This document shows positions 38,958 to 48,582 of a stretch of DNA of 64,000 nt, one piece after another. The position numbers were made by a program, and so were the translations under genes. The DNA is taken from IMG/VR virus record IMGVR_UViG_3300021962_007611, positions 70 to 64,069 of that record, one strand, 5' to 3'. Source of the stretch: a virus (Duplodnaviria; Caudoviricetes). The notes under the pieces were generated by a model. The model was not told the DNA's origin. It saw only the letters and a program-made list of their open reading frames with translations, and made no database searches. Within the stretch, counting starts at the first letter, position 1. Each line of letters begins with the position of its first letter.

Positions 38958-39005
38958 TTGACTTTTCTTTAAGGGTATAGTATAATTACTACTATACCCT
39001 TTTTT
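38958..39005 (+). terminator. intrinsic terminator overlapping a sigma70 promoter
   Basis: 12-bp stem aagggtatagta/tactataccctt plus T-run; TTGACT-17 nt-TATAAT at 38958-38986. Confidence 0.75.
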
Positions 39006-39010
39006 ACTCT

Positions 39011-39817
39011 ATGATAGATCATTATAAGACATTAGGCATAGATCGTTCTGCTACCCAAGATGATATCAAAAAAGCCTACAGAAAGTTGGCTATGAAGCAT
39101 CATCCGGATAGAGGAGGAGATTCAAAAAAATTCCAAGAGATCCAGGAAGCCTATGCCACGCTTGGCGACGACGAGAAGCGTTATCAGTACGATAACCCCC
39201 ATCAGCACCATTTTACTACCAGCAACATGGGAGACGATATCTTCACAACTTTCTTTGGAGGAAGCCCATTCGGTTTCGGGTTTCAACAACAACAGAGAAA
39301 CATTAACATCGGGGCTACGGTCGCAGTTAGCCTAGAGGATGTCCTCACTGGTAAAACTATAGATGCCGAAATCAGTTTTAGAAATGGCCAAAAGAAATTG
39401 GTATCGATCAATATTCCAGCAGGAGTAGAAGATAATATTCAAATTAGATATCCAGGAATGGGAGATCATAGTATCGCTAAACTTCCGCCCGGTGATCTAA
39501 TAGTAACTGTTAGAGTATTACCTCATGCTGTATGGCGTAGAGAGAATACTAATCTAGTTTTAGAAAAAGAAATTTCAGTTTGGGAAGCTCTGTTAGGCAG
39601 TGAAGTAACTTTCGAAACGATCGAAAAGAAAACTCTCAGCATAACAATCCCAGCCGGAACACAACCCGGAACAGTGTTTAGTTGTAAAGGCGAAGGATTA
39701 CCACATCCAAGATCCGGGGTTAGGGGTGCGATATTGATCAAAGTAAAAATCAACATACCAAAAAATCTGTCTGAAGAGGCTAGAAAAAAGATAGAGGATC
39801 TCAGCAATGGAATTTAA
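39011..39817 (+). CDS. dnaJ: DnaJ-class chaperone without zinc finger (CbpA-like)
   Basis: J-domain HHPD; C-terminal IPAG, GDL, GTQPG motifs. Confidence 0.88.
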   Translation: MIDHYKTLGIDRSATQDDIKKAYRKLAMKHHPDRGGDSKKFQEIQEAYATLGDDEKRYQYDNPHQHHFTTSNMGDDIFTTFFGGSPFGFGFQQQQRNINIGATVAVSLEDVLTGKTIDAEISFRNGQKKLVSINIPAGVEDNIQIRYPGMGDHSIAKLPPGDLIVTVRVLPHAVWRRENTNLVLEKEISVWEALLGSEVTFETIEKKTLSITIPAGTQPGTVFSCKGEGLPHPRSGVRGAILIKVKINIPKNLSEEARKKIEDLSNGI

Positions 39818-40298
39818 ATTAGGACCACATGAAACATTAACACAAGTAAGCACAGACTGGGATTTCTCAGTTGATCAAAATGCCGAAGAACTAGAAAAAG
39901 AAATGATTGACTTTATGTTGGCCAATAACGGAATCGGTCTAGCAGCGAATCAAATAGGTCTAGCGAAAAATGTCTTCGTGTTGGGCAGTAAGAACATACA
40001 AGGATACGAGCCGATGGCTGTATTCAATCCTAAAATTTTAGAAGTCAGCAAAGAAACAGAATTGTTTAAAGAAGGTTGTCTAAGTTATCCAGATCTCTGG
40101 CTAACGATTAAACGACCCAAGGCTATCATAGCCGAGTATCAGAACAGCAAGGGCGAAGTCGTTACTGTTGAGATAGACGGATTAATTTCTAGATGTTTTC
40201 AACATGAATTCGATCACCTAAAGGGTATATGTTTCGTTGACAGAGTCAGCCAGATGAAGCTACAATTAGCTATGAAAAAAATTAATAAGAGAAAATAA
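39807..40298 (+). CDS. def: peptide deformylase
   Basis: GIGLAANQIG, EGCLS, QHEFDHLKG. Confidence 0.95.
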   Translation: MEFKLGPHETLTQVSTDWDFSVDQNAEELEKEMIDFMLANNGIGLAANQIGLAKNVFVLGSKNIQGYEPMAVFNPKILEVSKETELFKEGCLSYPDLWLTIKRPKAIIAEYQNSKGEVVTVEIDGLISRCFQHEFDHLKGICFVDRVSQMKLQLAMKKINKRK

Positions 40299-40301
40299 TC
40301 A

Positions 40302-42644
40302 ATGCTAGAACCAAGTAAAAAATTACAAGCAGTCTTTGAAAAGGCGATCGATATCGCACAAAGACTGGAACACGAATATATCACTATCGAACATTTGACA
40401 TTTTCTATTATTTCAGATGCAGAAACATACGCTAGTCTAGGGCAGGCAGGATTCGCTAGCGAGTTTTTAAAAGTCAATCTAGAGCATTTTCTCAAAACAA
40501 AATTAGATGATATCAGAACAGGTACATCTAATCACAAGCCAAAAAGAACCACATCTGTTGAACGTGTGTTAAACAGAGCGTTTACTCAGGCATTATTCAG
40601 CGGTAGGCAGGTCATCGAGGTTGAAGATGTGCTAATCGCTATTATCGGTGAAAGAAAAAGTTTTAGTTTTTATTACATGACTAAATCAGGTATCACCAAA
40701 GAAAAATTAATCGAATACTTCCAAAACAAGTTCGAAAATGAGCTAGACCTCGAAGAACATCAGCCAAGACTTAATCATAATCAATTGGATAAAATACTTA
40801 ATCAATTCTGCTCTAATCTTAGCCTATTGGCCAAACAAAGAAAAATCGATCCTGTGATCGGTCGCGACGAAGAACTAGAAAAAATACAATTAATCCTAGC
40901 ACGTAGATCTAAGAGTAATGTGCTCTTAGTTGGAGAACCAGGAGTAGGTAAGACTGCCATCGCAGAAGGTCTTGCTCGCAAGATCTTTGAAAAGAAAGTT
41001 CCTAAGTTTATACAAGACCATAATGTTTATACACTAGACATTTCGGCATTATTGGCCGGCAGCAAATACCGAGGAGACTTCGAAGAAAGGATTAAGGCAG
41101 TTCTAACAGCTCTTGAAAAGAAAGGCAACATTATCCTGTTTATCGACGAAGCACATATGATGAACGGAGCAGGTGCTGCTAACGGCTCAGCTAATGATCT
41201 TGCCAACATCCTTAAACCTATGCTGACCAAAGGCACGATGAAAGTTATCGCTTCTACTACATGGGAAGAATATCGCAAGCACTTCGAAAAGGATCGTGCC
41301 TTAATGCGTCGATTCCAACGTGTTACTGTTGATGAACCTACTCCAGAACTTACGATTAAGATTGTTAAAGGCATCAGAAAGTATTACGAACAATACCATA
41401 ATGTTAAGATCACCGATGCGGCTATTGAGCAGGCAGTTAAAATGAGCATCAAATATATGCCCGATAAGAAATTACCCGATAAGGCGATTGATATCATCGA
41501 TTGTTCTGCGGCTAGATTTAAGATCAAAGATCAAGATACTGAGACAGCAGTTAGTGTTGTTGATATTGAAGAGATTATGTTCGAAGTCAGCAAGATGACC
41601 AACATGCCATTTGAAACCGTCAGTGAAAAAGAATCTAAAAATCTTTCTGATTTAGAAAGCAATCTTAAGAATTCTGTATTTGGACAAGAATCTGCTATTT
41701 CAAATCTGCTCGATAAGATCTTTGTAGCACAAGCCGGAATGAAGATTCCTAATAAACCAATCGGTTGTTTCCTTTTTGTTGGTCCTACCGGCTGCGGTAA
41801 AACTGAAACTGCCAAACAACTATCAGATAAGATGGGTATGCCGTTGGTTAGATTTGATATGAGTGAATATCAAGAGAAACACAGCGTAGCACGATTAATT
41901 GGAGCACCTCCAGGCTATGTCGGGTTCGAAGATAACGCCGGTCAATTGATCACCAAGTTACAGGAAACTCCTAACTGTGTACTACTATTAGATGAAATCG
42001 AAAAAGCACACCCGGATGTTTCTAACATCTTGCTACAGTTCATGGATAACGGATTTGTTACAGGTTCGAATGGTAAACAAGCTGATGGTCGCAACACCAT
42101 TCTTATCATGACATCAAACCTAGGTGCCGCCGATAATGAACGCAACACTATAGGGTTCGGAGATCTAGCCAAAGATGGCGAGGATGACAAAGCAGTTAAG
42201 AAATTCTTTGCTCCAGAATTCCGTAATCGTCTAGACGCTATAGTTAAATTTGGTGGTTTGTCTATGGATACTGTTAAAGTTATTGTTGATAAATTTATGC
42301 GAGATCTTAACACACAGATCAAAGACAAAGGTGTTGAAATTATCTTAACAGACGATTCTAGAGATTGGTTAGCTAAAAATGGTTATAATTCTAAATTAGG
42401 TGCTAGACCGTTGAATAGATTGATCGATAACGAAATCAAATCCCCAGTTAGTAGAAAAATATTGTTCGGCGATCTTAAGAATGGTGGAAAAGTATTTGTA
42501 AATGTAGTTGACAATAAGCTAGATTTTGTTGTAAAATTACAGGAAGATGAACTAGATAAATTTGAAAAGCGAGCCTTTAAACATCATAGGAGAATCCTCG
42601 ATGGTGCTCCTTTAATTAAAGATGATCCAATACAAACCAACTAA
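40302..42644 (+). CDS. clpA: ClpA AAA+ chaperone
   Basis: GEPGVGKT, GSKYRGDFEER, FIDEAH, GPTGCGKT, RFDMSEY, GARPL; no ClpB middle domain. Confidence 0.92.
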   Translation: MLEPSKKLQAVFEKAIDIAQRLEHEYITIEHLTFSIISDAETYASLGQAGFASEFLKVNLEHFLKTKLDDIRTGTSNHKPKRTTSVERVLNRAFTQALFSGRQVIEVEDVLIAIIGERKSFSFYYMTKSGITKEKLIEYFQNKFENELDLEEHQPRLNHNQLDKILNQFCSNLSLLAKQRKIDPVIGRDEELEKIQLILARRSKSNVLLVGEPGVGKTAIAEGLARKIFEKKVPKFIQDHNVYTLDISALLAGSKYRGDFEERIKAVLTALEKKGNIILFIDEAHMMNGAGAANGSANDLANILKPMLTKGTMKVIASTTWEEYRKHFEKDRALMRRFQRVTVDEPTPELTIKIVKGIRKYYEQYHNVKITDAAIEQAVKMSIKYMPDKKLPDKAIDIIDCSAARFKIKDQDTETAVSVVDIEEIMFEVSKMTNMPFETVSEKESKNLSDLESNLKNSVFGQESAISNLLDKIFVAQAGMKIPNKPIGCFLFVGPTGCGKTETAKQLSDKMGMPLVRFDMSEYQEKHSVARLIGAPPGYVGFEDNAGQLITKLQETPNCVLLLDEIEKAHPDVSNILLQFMDNGFVTGSNGKQADGRNTILIMTSNLGAADNERNTIGFGDLAKDGEDDKAVKKFFAPEFRNRLDAIVKFGGLSMDTVKVIVDKFMRDLNTQIKDKGVEIILTDDSRDWLAKNGYNSKLGARPLNRLIDNEIKSPVSRKILFGDLKNGGKVFVNVVDNKLDFVVKLQEDELDKFEKRAFKHHRRILDGAPLIKDDPIQTN

Positions 42645-43275
42645 AAAATTGTTTTATGGAAAATGGCTATACAAGGTTAGCTATAAAATAGAAGGTTGTT
42701 CGTTTATTCGGCAGAAGTCGCTTGAAGATTTCGAATCATCTTTTGATAACTTGAAAATAACCAATATCTATCATAGGAAAATCTTAAACAATCGAGAAGA
42801 TCTGATCCGTATATCTTTCGAATTAAACAGGATTCCTAGAGAGTCCTTTGATCTTAGGGTCGAAACTGACATCATTGATGTCTATACCAACGACGAAGCA
42901 ATCTTTAGCATGTTGATCACTGTGCTTCCGGAAAAAATACGATTCGCACAAAAACCACAAGATCCTACAGGTCAGCAACTGTCCGATAAAAAAACTATTT
43001 TAGTAAAAAAATACCCGCAAGAGAAATTTAAAATGCGTGTGTATTTAAAACCGCACAAGATGACAGACCCAAAAGAAAAAGGATCGTATCTTCAGTGGTT
43101 AAAATCTGTTAATGGAGTATCGATATCAGATGCTGTAGAAACTTGGTTTTATAACACGAACTGGAACTGGGACCGCAGATACATACTCGTAGACGACGAA
43201 AAGACCCTACTAATGCTGAAACTTAAGAATTCTAATGTAATCGGCACGATCTACAACCTAGTTTTACAAGATTAA
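42622..43275 (+). CDS. hypothetical protein
   Basis: 217-aa ORF. Confidence 0.7.
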   Translation: MIQYKPTKKLFYGKWLYKVSYKIEGCSFIRQKSLEDFESSFDNLKITNIYHRKILNNREDLIRISFELNRIPRESFDLRVETDIIDVYTNDEAIFSMLITVLPEKIRFAQKPQDPTGQQLSDKKTILVKKYPQEKFKMRVYLKPHKMTDPKEKGSYLQWLKSVNGVSISDAVETWFYNTNWNWDRRYILVDDEKTLLMLKLKNSNVIGTIYNLVLQD

Positions 43276-43334
43276 TTCATTTACCGTTCACAATAGATCA
43301 CGATAAATACAGTATCATTCTAAAGAGAGATACT

Positions 43335-44063
43335 ATGCGTGATCTATTAAGCAAATTAGACGGTATTGTCAGCGAAACTGCCCTTAATCCTAAAGATCCT
43401 AAGAGCGATTATCAAGCGAAATCCCAAGCACTAGATGATCTAGAGCAGGATCCTGTTGTAGCAGGCGATCCGGAACTATCTGCGGCTGTTGAACAGAGAA
43501 GAGCCGATCTAGAAAAAGAAGCCGAATCTGCTGGAGTACTAGAAGTAGGTGATGCTTTTGGTATTAGTTTTAACGAAGATTTTGAGATTGAAACAGAAAT
43601 CGTCGGTTTCTTAGCAGATGGCATTGTTATTGACCTAGACGAAACAGCTATAGCTCATCTACAAGAAAATAATATAAGCTTCTTAGAGGGCGAAGTAGTC
43701 ACAGAAGAAAAAATCAAAGGTGTAGATGGAAAGGCCTGCTGGAAGGGCTACAAACGTATGGGTACCAAACAGAAGGGCGGCAAAACCGTAGACAACTGTG
43801 TTAAGGTCGGTGAAGATATCGACGAAGCTAAGTATCAAGGTCGTGAAGTTCCGCTAGGTAAAAAGATGGCGGGCGATGTTAAAAAATCAAAAGTATATGT
43901 ACGCAAGCCTAACGGTAATATTGTCAAAGTAAACTTCGGCGATAAGAAAATGCGTATTAAGAAATCAAATCCGGCACGTAGAAAATCATTCCGTGCTAGA
44001 CATAATTGTAAAAACCCAGGTCCACGTTGGAAAGCGAGATACTGGTCCTGTAGGAGCTGGTAA
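43335..44063 (+). CDS. putative modular capsid-internal protein
   Basis: TAAATA at 43304; acidic part, then CWKGY..NCV and basic FRARHNC..YWSC modules separated by [IV]xE sites. Confidence 0.6.
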   Translation: MRDLLSKLDGIVSETALNPKDPKSDYQAKSQALDDLEQDPVVAGDPELSAAVEQRRADLEKEAESAGVLEVGDAFGISFNEDFEIETEIVGFLADGIVIDLDETAIAHLQENNISFLEGEVVTEEKIKGVDGKACWKGYKRMGTKQKGGKTVDNCVKVGEDIDEAKYQGREVPLGKKMAGDVKKSKVYVRKPNGNIVKVNFGDKKMRIKKSNPARRKSFRARHNCKNPGPRWKARYWSCRSW

Positions 44064-44410
44064 TGAGATTGTTTGAAATATTTGGTCATGAACCAGAGAA
44101 CAAAGACGAGAGGCGTAATTCAGACATTGACTATGTGTCTGATTTAAAGTTTTTTATCGACAATGACAACGAGCTGGTCAGCCAAACACTTTTTCCTGCT
44201 ATTAAGAAACACAGAAAGCTAGGAGGTGATCCTAGTCAATATCAAATTTACGTCGGTGCTGTAAAGAGTGCTATACCCAAGTACTGCGACGAATATAAAA
44301 TGACTGATATCAAAGACGACGTGTTTACCAATGAAGTCATTGAGGAAGTCTGTAAACGATTTGCCGAAGAGCAGGGCAAATATATAGAACGCGGCGACTA
44401 TGAGACTTAA
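44063..44410 (+). CDS. hypothetical late protein
   Basis: MRLFEIF leader. Confidence 0.65.
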   Translation: MRLFEIFGHEPENKDERRNSDIDYVSDLKFFIDNDNELVSQTLFPAIKKHRKLGGDPSQYQIYVGAVKSAIPKYCDEYKMTDIKDDVFTNEVIEEVCKRFAEEQGKYIERGDYET

Positions 44411-45158
44411 CGAATTATTTGAACAACCCGGCAAAACAGTGGCTGTGAATTTCGGCAGGATGAATCCGCCGACTATTGGTCACGAAAAATTAGTCGGAGT
44501 AATATTAAAACAAAAGGCCGATGCTCATTTCTTGTTTGTGTCACAGACAGAAAAACTCACTGGTAAAAATAAAACTAGACGAGACAATCCTATTCCGTTT
44601 AGCATTAAATTAGGACTAGTTAAAAAAGCATTTTCAAATATTCCTATTGGCGACACATCAGCAAATACTGTGATCAAAATGATGCAGTTATTGGAAAGTC
44701 AAGGATATAAAAATGTGATCTATGTCTGCGGACAAGATCGTGTTCCAGAATTTGAAACATTATTAAAGAACCAAAACGGAATTGATTATAACTTCGATAG
44801 TATTGAAATAGTTTCTAGTGGAGATAGGGATCCCGACGCCGAAGGTGCCGAAGGAATGAGTGCTAGTAAGATGAGGCAAGCTGCTATCGACGATGACTTT
44901 GATTCCTTTAAATTAGGTGTCCCGACGAATTTACAAGGTAATGCCGAAGAAATATTTTCTATGCTTAGAAAATATTTAGAGCCATGGATAGAGGAAAATA
45001 TTAAATCAGAAGAATATGCTGATGAACATATTGGCAAAGTACAAGGCGGTTATAGATTATATTCTAAATCCGGAGGTAAAAATTTAGGTACTTATCCTAC
45101 CAGAGCCGGAGCCGAAAAACGTGAACGCCAGGTTCAGTACTTCAAGCATAAAGGATAA
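44400..45158 (+). CDS. HxGH-type nucleotidyltransferase (PPAT/NMNAT-like) with extra C-terminal module
   Basis: FGRMNPPTIGH, CGQDRV, MSASKMR. Confidence 0.75.
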   Translation: MRLNELFEQPGKTVAVNFGRMNPPTIGHEKLVGVILKQKADAHFLFVSQTEKLTGKNKTRRDNPIPFSIKLGLVKKAFSNIPIGDTSANTVIKMMQLLESQGYKNVIYVCGQDRVPEFETLLKNQNGIDYNFDSIEIVSSGDRDPDAEGAEGMSASKMRQAAIDDDFDSFKLGVPTNLQGNAEEIFSMLRKYLEPWIEENIKSEEYADEHIGKVQGGYRLYSKSGGKNLGTYPTRAGAEKRERQVQYFKHKG

Positions 45159-45160
45159 TC

Positions 45161-46066
45161 ATGAAAGCCAAAGAAATTATACCAGCAAGCAAACCTAGAA
45201 ACTTTGTAGCCAAGAATCAAAAGACCGCAGGTGCCGGAGCTCACAAAGATAAAAAGAAAGCTGAGAAACAAGGCAATGTCAAACACAAACTAAAACAGTT
45301 TGAAGATGCTGAGCCAATGGATCGTGAATTTTCTCTAGTTAAAAAGTTAGGTAGATTAGGTGAACGCATTGTACAGAATCCTAAACTTTGGGACAGATAC
45401 GAAGAAGAAAACAATAGTGGAGATCCTGATTGGATCATTAGTTTAATACAGGACGGAACTGGTGCTACATTTGATGAAGTTCTAAAGCTCAGCGATCTGT
45501 TTAGCGAGATAGGTGGCGGTATGGGACGCATTATAGATTTTGCTTGGGCAGTTAAAGAAGGAACATGGGAAGAAGATTTCATGGACCCTTATAGAAAGCA
45601 TAGAGATCAAGACGTAGAAGAAGGTGTGTTTGGTATCGACTCTAGAACTAAAGGCGCTATTCAAAATGTTGTTAGTCAACTTAGCGATATTCCAGGCATG
45701 TGGGATCATGCTGCTCAGACATTTACGTCCGACGGCTTAGAAAAACTAAAGTCTTTGTTAAAAGACAATCCTAAACATATCAAGTATGCTGTAAACCTAA
45801 AAGCAGATGATTACGACGAAAGCATTAACATGGAAAGATATAGAGATCCAGAAGATTGGGATGAAGGCAATACAGAACCTCCAAATAACTTTGCTGTTTA
45901 TATTAACGGCAAGAAGTGGAAAGTGTTCGCAGGGCGTGGAACCTATGCCGATGACGAAAGAGAAAGAAAACAGTATTATGATCTTAGAGCGTGGGCTCAA
46001 CGTAAATCCGACGCCACTGGTAAAAAGTGGACTGTTTCTATTACCGGTGAACCTCCTACAGCATAA
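45161..46066 (+). CDS. putative modular capsid-internal protein
   Basis: MKAKEII leader; basic N-terminal module; DVEE/G junction. Confidence 0.6.
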   Translation: MKAKEIIPASKPRNFVAKNQKTAGAGAHKDKKKAEKQGNVKHKLKQFEDAEPMDREFSLVKKLGRLGERIVQNPKLWDRYEEENNSGDPDWIISLIQDGTGATFDEVLKLSDLFSEIGGGMGRIIDFAWAVKEGTWEEDFMDPYRKHRDQDVEEGVFGIDSRTKGAIQNVVSQLSDIPGMWDHAAQTFTSDGLEKLKSLLKDNPKHIKYAVNLKADDYDESINMERYRDPEDWDEGNTEPPNNFAVYINGKKWKVFAGRGTYADDERERKQYYDLRAWAQRKSDATGKKWTVSITGEPPTA

Positions 46067-46293
46067 TGGATATCAAAGATTTAAAACGTCTCGCTGGTAT
46101 TACAGAATTCAAAGGATTCACTCCGTATACCATTGAGCAAGGCAGCAATATCAGTTTGACCGGAAATGAAAAAGGCGAACTAATGAAGAAACACAATATT
46201 AGACCAGGAACACCTGAATGGTTTAAATTGTGGTTTAGTTTACCGTATATGACAGGAGAAAAACCTGTAGGAAAAGACGAATGGTTGAGATAA
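46066..46293 (+). CDS. hypothetical late protein
   Basis: LKRLAGITE leader; [13 protein letters not shown]. Confidence 0.65.
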   Translation: MDIKDLKRLAGITEFKGFTPYTIEQGSNISLTGNEKGELMKKHNIRPGTPEWFKLWFSLPYMTGEKPVGKDEWLR

Positions 46294-46607
46294 CAGAATC
46301 AGCAAAAGCTAAAGTAATCGATCTTCTAAACGAAGAAAATAATCCCGGTTTGATGTTGCGTACATTCGTCCAGGGCGGCGGCTGCTCTGGTTTTCAATAT
46401 GGGTTTACCTTCGATGAAGAACAGAATGATGATGATTTTGAAATCGCACTCGACGATCGTTGGAGAGTTGTCATCGATGCTATGAGCATGCAGTATCTCG
46501 CAGGTGCCGAGATTGATTATAAAGAAGATCTCAACGGTAGTCAATTTACTATTAAAAATCCCAACGCCCAAACAACCTGTGGGTGTGGAAGTAGTTTTTC
46601 AATATGA
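46281..46607 (+). CDS. erpA: A-type Fe-S carrier (ErpA-like)
   Basis: [29 protein letters not shown]. Confidence 0.85.
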   Translation: MVEITESAKAKVIDLLNEENNPGLMLRTFVQGGGCSGFQYGFTFDEEQNDDDFEIALDDRWRVVIDAMSMQYLAGAEIDYKEDLNGSQFTIKNPNAQTTCGCGSSFSI

Positions 46608-46681
46608 ACGAGAATCAATATCCAGTATACCCCGAAGACGACGGAACAGATCGTCCTATTAATCCCTACGGACAACATTAA
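46604..46681 (+). CDS. 25-aa micro-ORF (not in the ORF track)
   Basis: [25 protein letters not shown]; ATGA and TAATG overlaps fill the gap exactly. Confidence 0.45.
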   Translation: MNENQYPVYPEDDGTDRPINPYGQH

Positions 46682-47844
46682 TGAGAGCGAAAGAATTAAA
46701 TCAATTACCGCAAGGAGTTACTGTCTATGTTGATATGGACGGTGTTCTCGCAGACTTGTTTAACTACGCCGGTGAAATTAATAACGTAGAACATTATAAT
46801 AAAATGACTCCGGATCAATGGGAAAAATTCTTTAAGGATTCTAATGCCTACGAACTGTTTAAGAATCTTCCAGCATTTCCAACAGCTAATAAATTATTAT
46901 CAATTGTTAAAAATTTCGCAGGCGGATATAAGATCCTTAGCAGTCCTTTAAACTTTGATAAAGCTGGTAGTATCAAAGGCAAAAAAGAATGGTTGGCAAA
47001 GCATATCAATGTACCTGCTGATGCATGGATATTTGAACACGAGAAACAGATATATGCCAACACCAACGGCGTGCCTAACATCCTAATCGACGACTACGGT
47101 GTTAATATCAGAAAGTGGCAAGCTGCTGGCGGAATAGCTATCAAATATCAAGCAGACGAAGATAGTCTTAAGAAAGTTCTCGACGGTCTCAGAGATGCTA
47201 AAGATATCCTAGCAAATGAACCTACAGAAAGCATAGAAGAAGCTAAAAAGAAAAAAAGACGCAGTAGATGGGCCGCATATGGGCCCGGTCCATATGGGTA
47301 CTATGGCACAGCAGTAGGCTACAGCGGTGACGGAGGAGACGTCGGAGAGGATTACGATATCAACGATCCTCCACCAGGTCCAGAAACTAAGCCGACAATG
47401 CCTAGAGGTACTGTTCGTGTAGATGTCAGCGATGTCTATGATTGGTACAAGTTAGGTCAGCATATTAGCAATTTAAAAGGTCTCGGTAAGCACGACTTCG
47501 GCAAAGGACCACCAAGTGCTATTATGTCATTCGGCAGTGAAGAAGAAGAACACGAGTATATTAAAAACCTAATGAAAACCGGGTTGACTACTACTGATAT
47601 TGATCCGGTTGATCCTAAACAACCAAAGAATATGAAACGTCAAAAAACAGATCCTACATATAATGTAGAAAATTTTGCTGACGGGAAAGTCAAGGGAAAA
47701 AGCCGACCTGGGCGTGTCAAACGCAGTGGTGCCAGCTGTGACGGCTCAGTAACTGATCTCCGACAACGTGCTAAAAATGCTAGCGGAGAAAAAGCCAAGA
47801 TGTATCACTGGTGTGCTAACATGAAAAGCGGACGCGGTAAATAA
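46681..47844 (+). CDS. HAD 5'(3')-deoxyribonucleotidase fused to several small modules
   Basis: VYVDMDGVLAD, ILSSP, GKKEWL, ILIDD, WQAAGG, then about 200 aa of extra modules. Confidence 0.8.
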   Translation: MRAKELNQLPQGVTVYVDMDGVLADLFNYAGEINNVEHYNKMTPDQWEKFFKDSNAYELFKNLPAFPTANKLLSIVKNFAGGYKILSSPLNFDKAGSIKGKKEWLAKHINVPADAWIFEHEKQIYANTNGVPNILIDDYGVNIRKWQAAGGIAIKYQADEDSLKKVLDGLRDAKDILANEPTESIEEAKKKKRRSRWAAYGPGPYGYYGTAVGYSGDGGDVGEDYDINDPPPGPETKPTMPRGTVRVDVSDVYDWYKLGQHISNLKGLGKHDFGKGPPSAIMSFGSEEEEHEYIKNLMKTGLTTTDIDPVDPKQPKNMKRQKTDPTYNVENFADGKVKGKSRPGRVKRSGASCDGSVTDLRQRAKNASGEKAKMYHWCANMKSGRGK

Positions 47845-47848
47845 TACT

Positions 47849-48034
47849 ATGAGAATTGAAGAGTTTACTAATCAGTTCAAATTTTTTGCTGCCAAAGTAC
47901 GGGTAAAGCAGACTAATTACAGTCAGGTTATTGATACTACGGTAACTGCTAAAAATCAAGAGATGGCAAGAAGGTTGATCAAAGCACAATACGGAAAAAC
48001 AGCACTGGTCAGTAATGTTAGAGAAATAAAATGA
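47849..48034 (+). CDS. hypothetical late protein
   Basis: TAAATA-5 nt-ATG; MRIEEF leader. Confidence 0.65.
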   Translation: MRIEEFTNQFKFFAAKVRVKQTNYSQVIDTTVTAKNQEMARRLIKAQYGKTALVSNVREIK

Positions 48035-48222
48035 AAATCAAAGATATCGTACAAGAATCAGCAACAGCAGGATCTACATCAGCAGCTAATGTTACAGTAG
48101 GCGTAGTTTACCCTAACGTCAAAGGAAAACAGCCTAAAAAACGCAAAGACGGAACTGCTCCTAACGCCCTAGATATAAAAGGCGGAAATCTGCTTTCGGG
48201 CGGGTCTTTGGTAAAAAGATAA
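48031..48222 (+). CDS. hypothetical late protein
   Basis: MKIKDIVQE/SATAGSTS leader. Confidence 0.65.
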   Translation: MKIKDIVQESATAGSTSAANVTVGVVYPNVKGKQPKKRKDGTAPNALDIKGGNLLSGGSLVKR

Positions 48223-48230
48223 ATACTACT

Positions 48231-48578
48231 ATGAAAAACAATGTGTTTAATGAAGATAACGATCTAGGTCCTCAGGACCACGAAGCTTCTATGGCTAGAG
48301 CAGAGCTTTACAAATCTGCTGAATATGCCATTAAAATCTTCCATATGATCCAGCCCGGTGATAATTTAGAAGGCTGGGTCTCTGCTAAAATCACTAAAGC
48401 AGCAGATTATCTTGATTCCGTAGCACATTATATGGAATATCAAAAGAAATTTGAAGAACCAAAGGCAGACGACGAAATGTCTGATATGTCTTTGGACGAC
48501 AAGCCTGACGAATCATTAACTGCTGAAGTAGCTGAAAATCTCGTCGATCAATGGAAAAAATTTAAGACACAAGGATAA
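48231..48578 (+). CDS. hypothetical late protein
   Basis: TAAATA-5 nt-ATG; DHEASMARAEL, LEGWVSAKITKAADYL. Confidence 0.7.
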   Translation: MKNNVFNEDNDLGPQDHEASMARAELYKSAEYAIKIFHMIQPGDNLEGWVSAKITKAADYLDSVAHYMEYQKKFEEPKADDEMSDMSLDDKPDESLTAEVAENLVDQWKKFKTQG

Positions 48579-48582
48579 GAAC

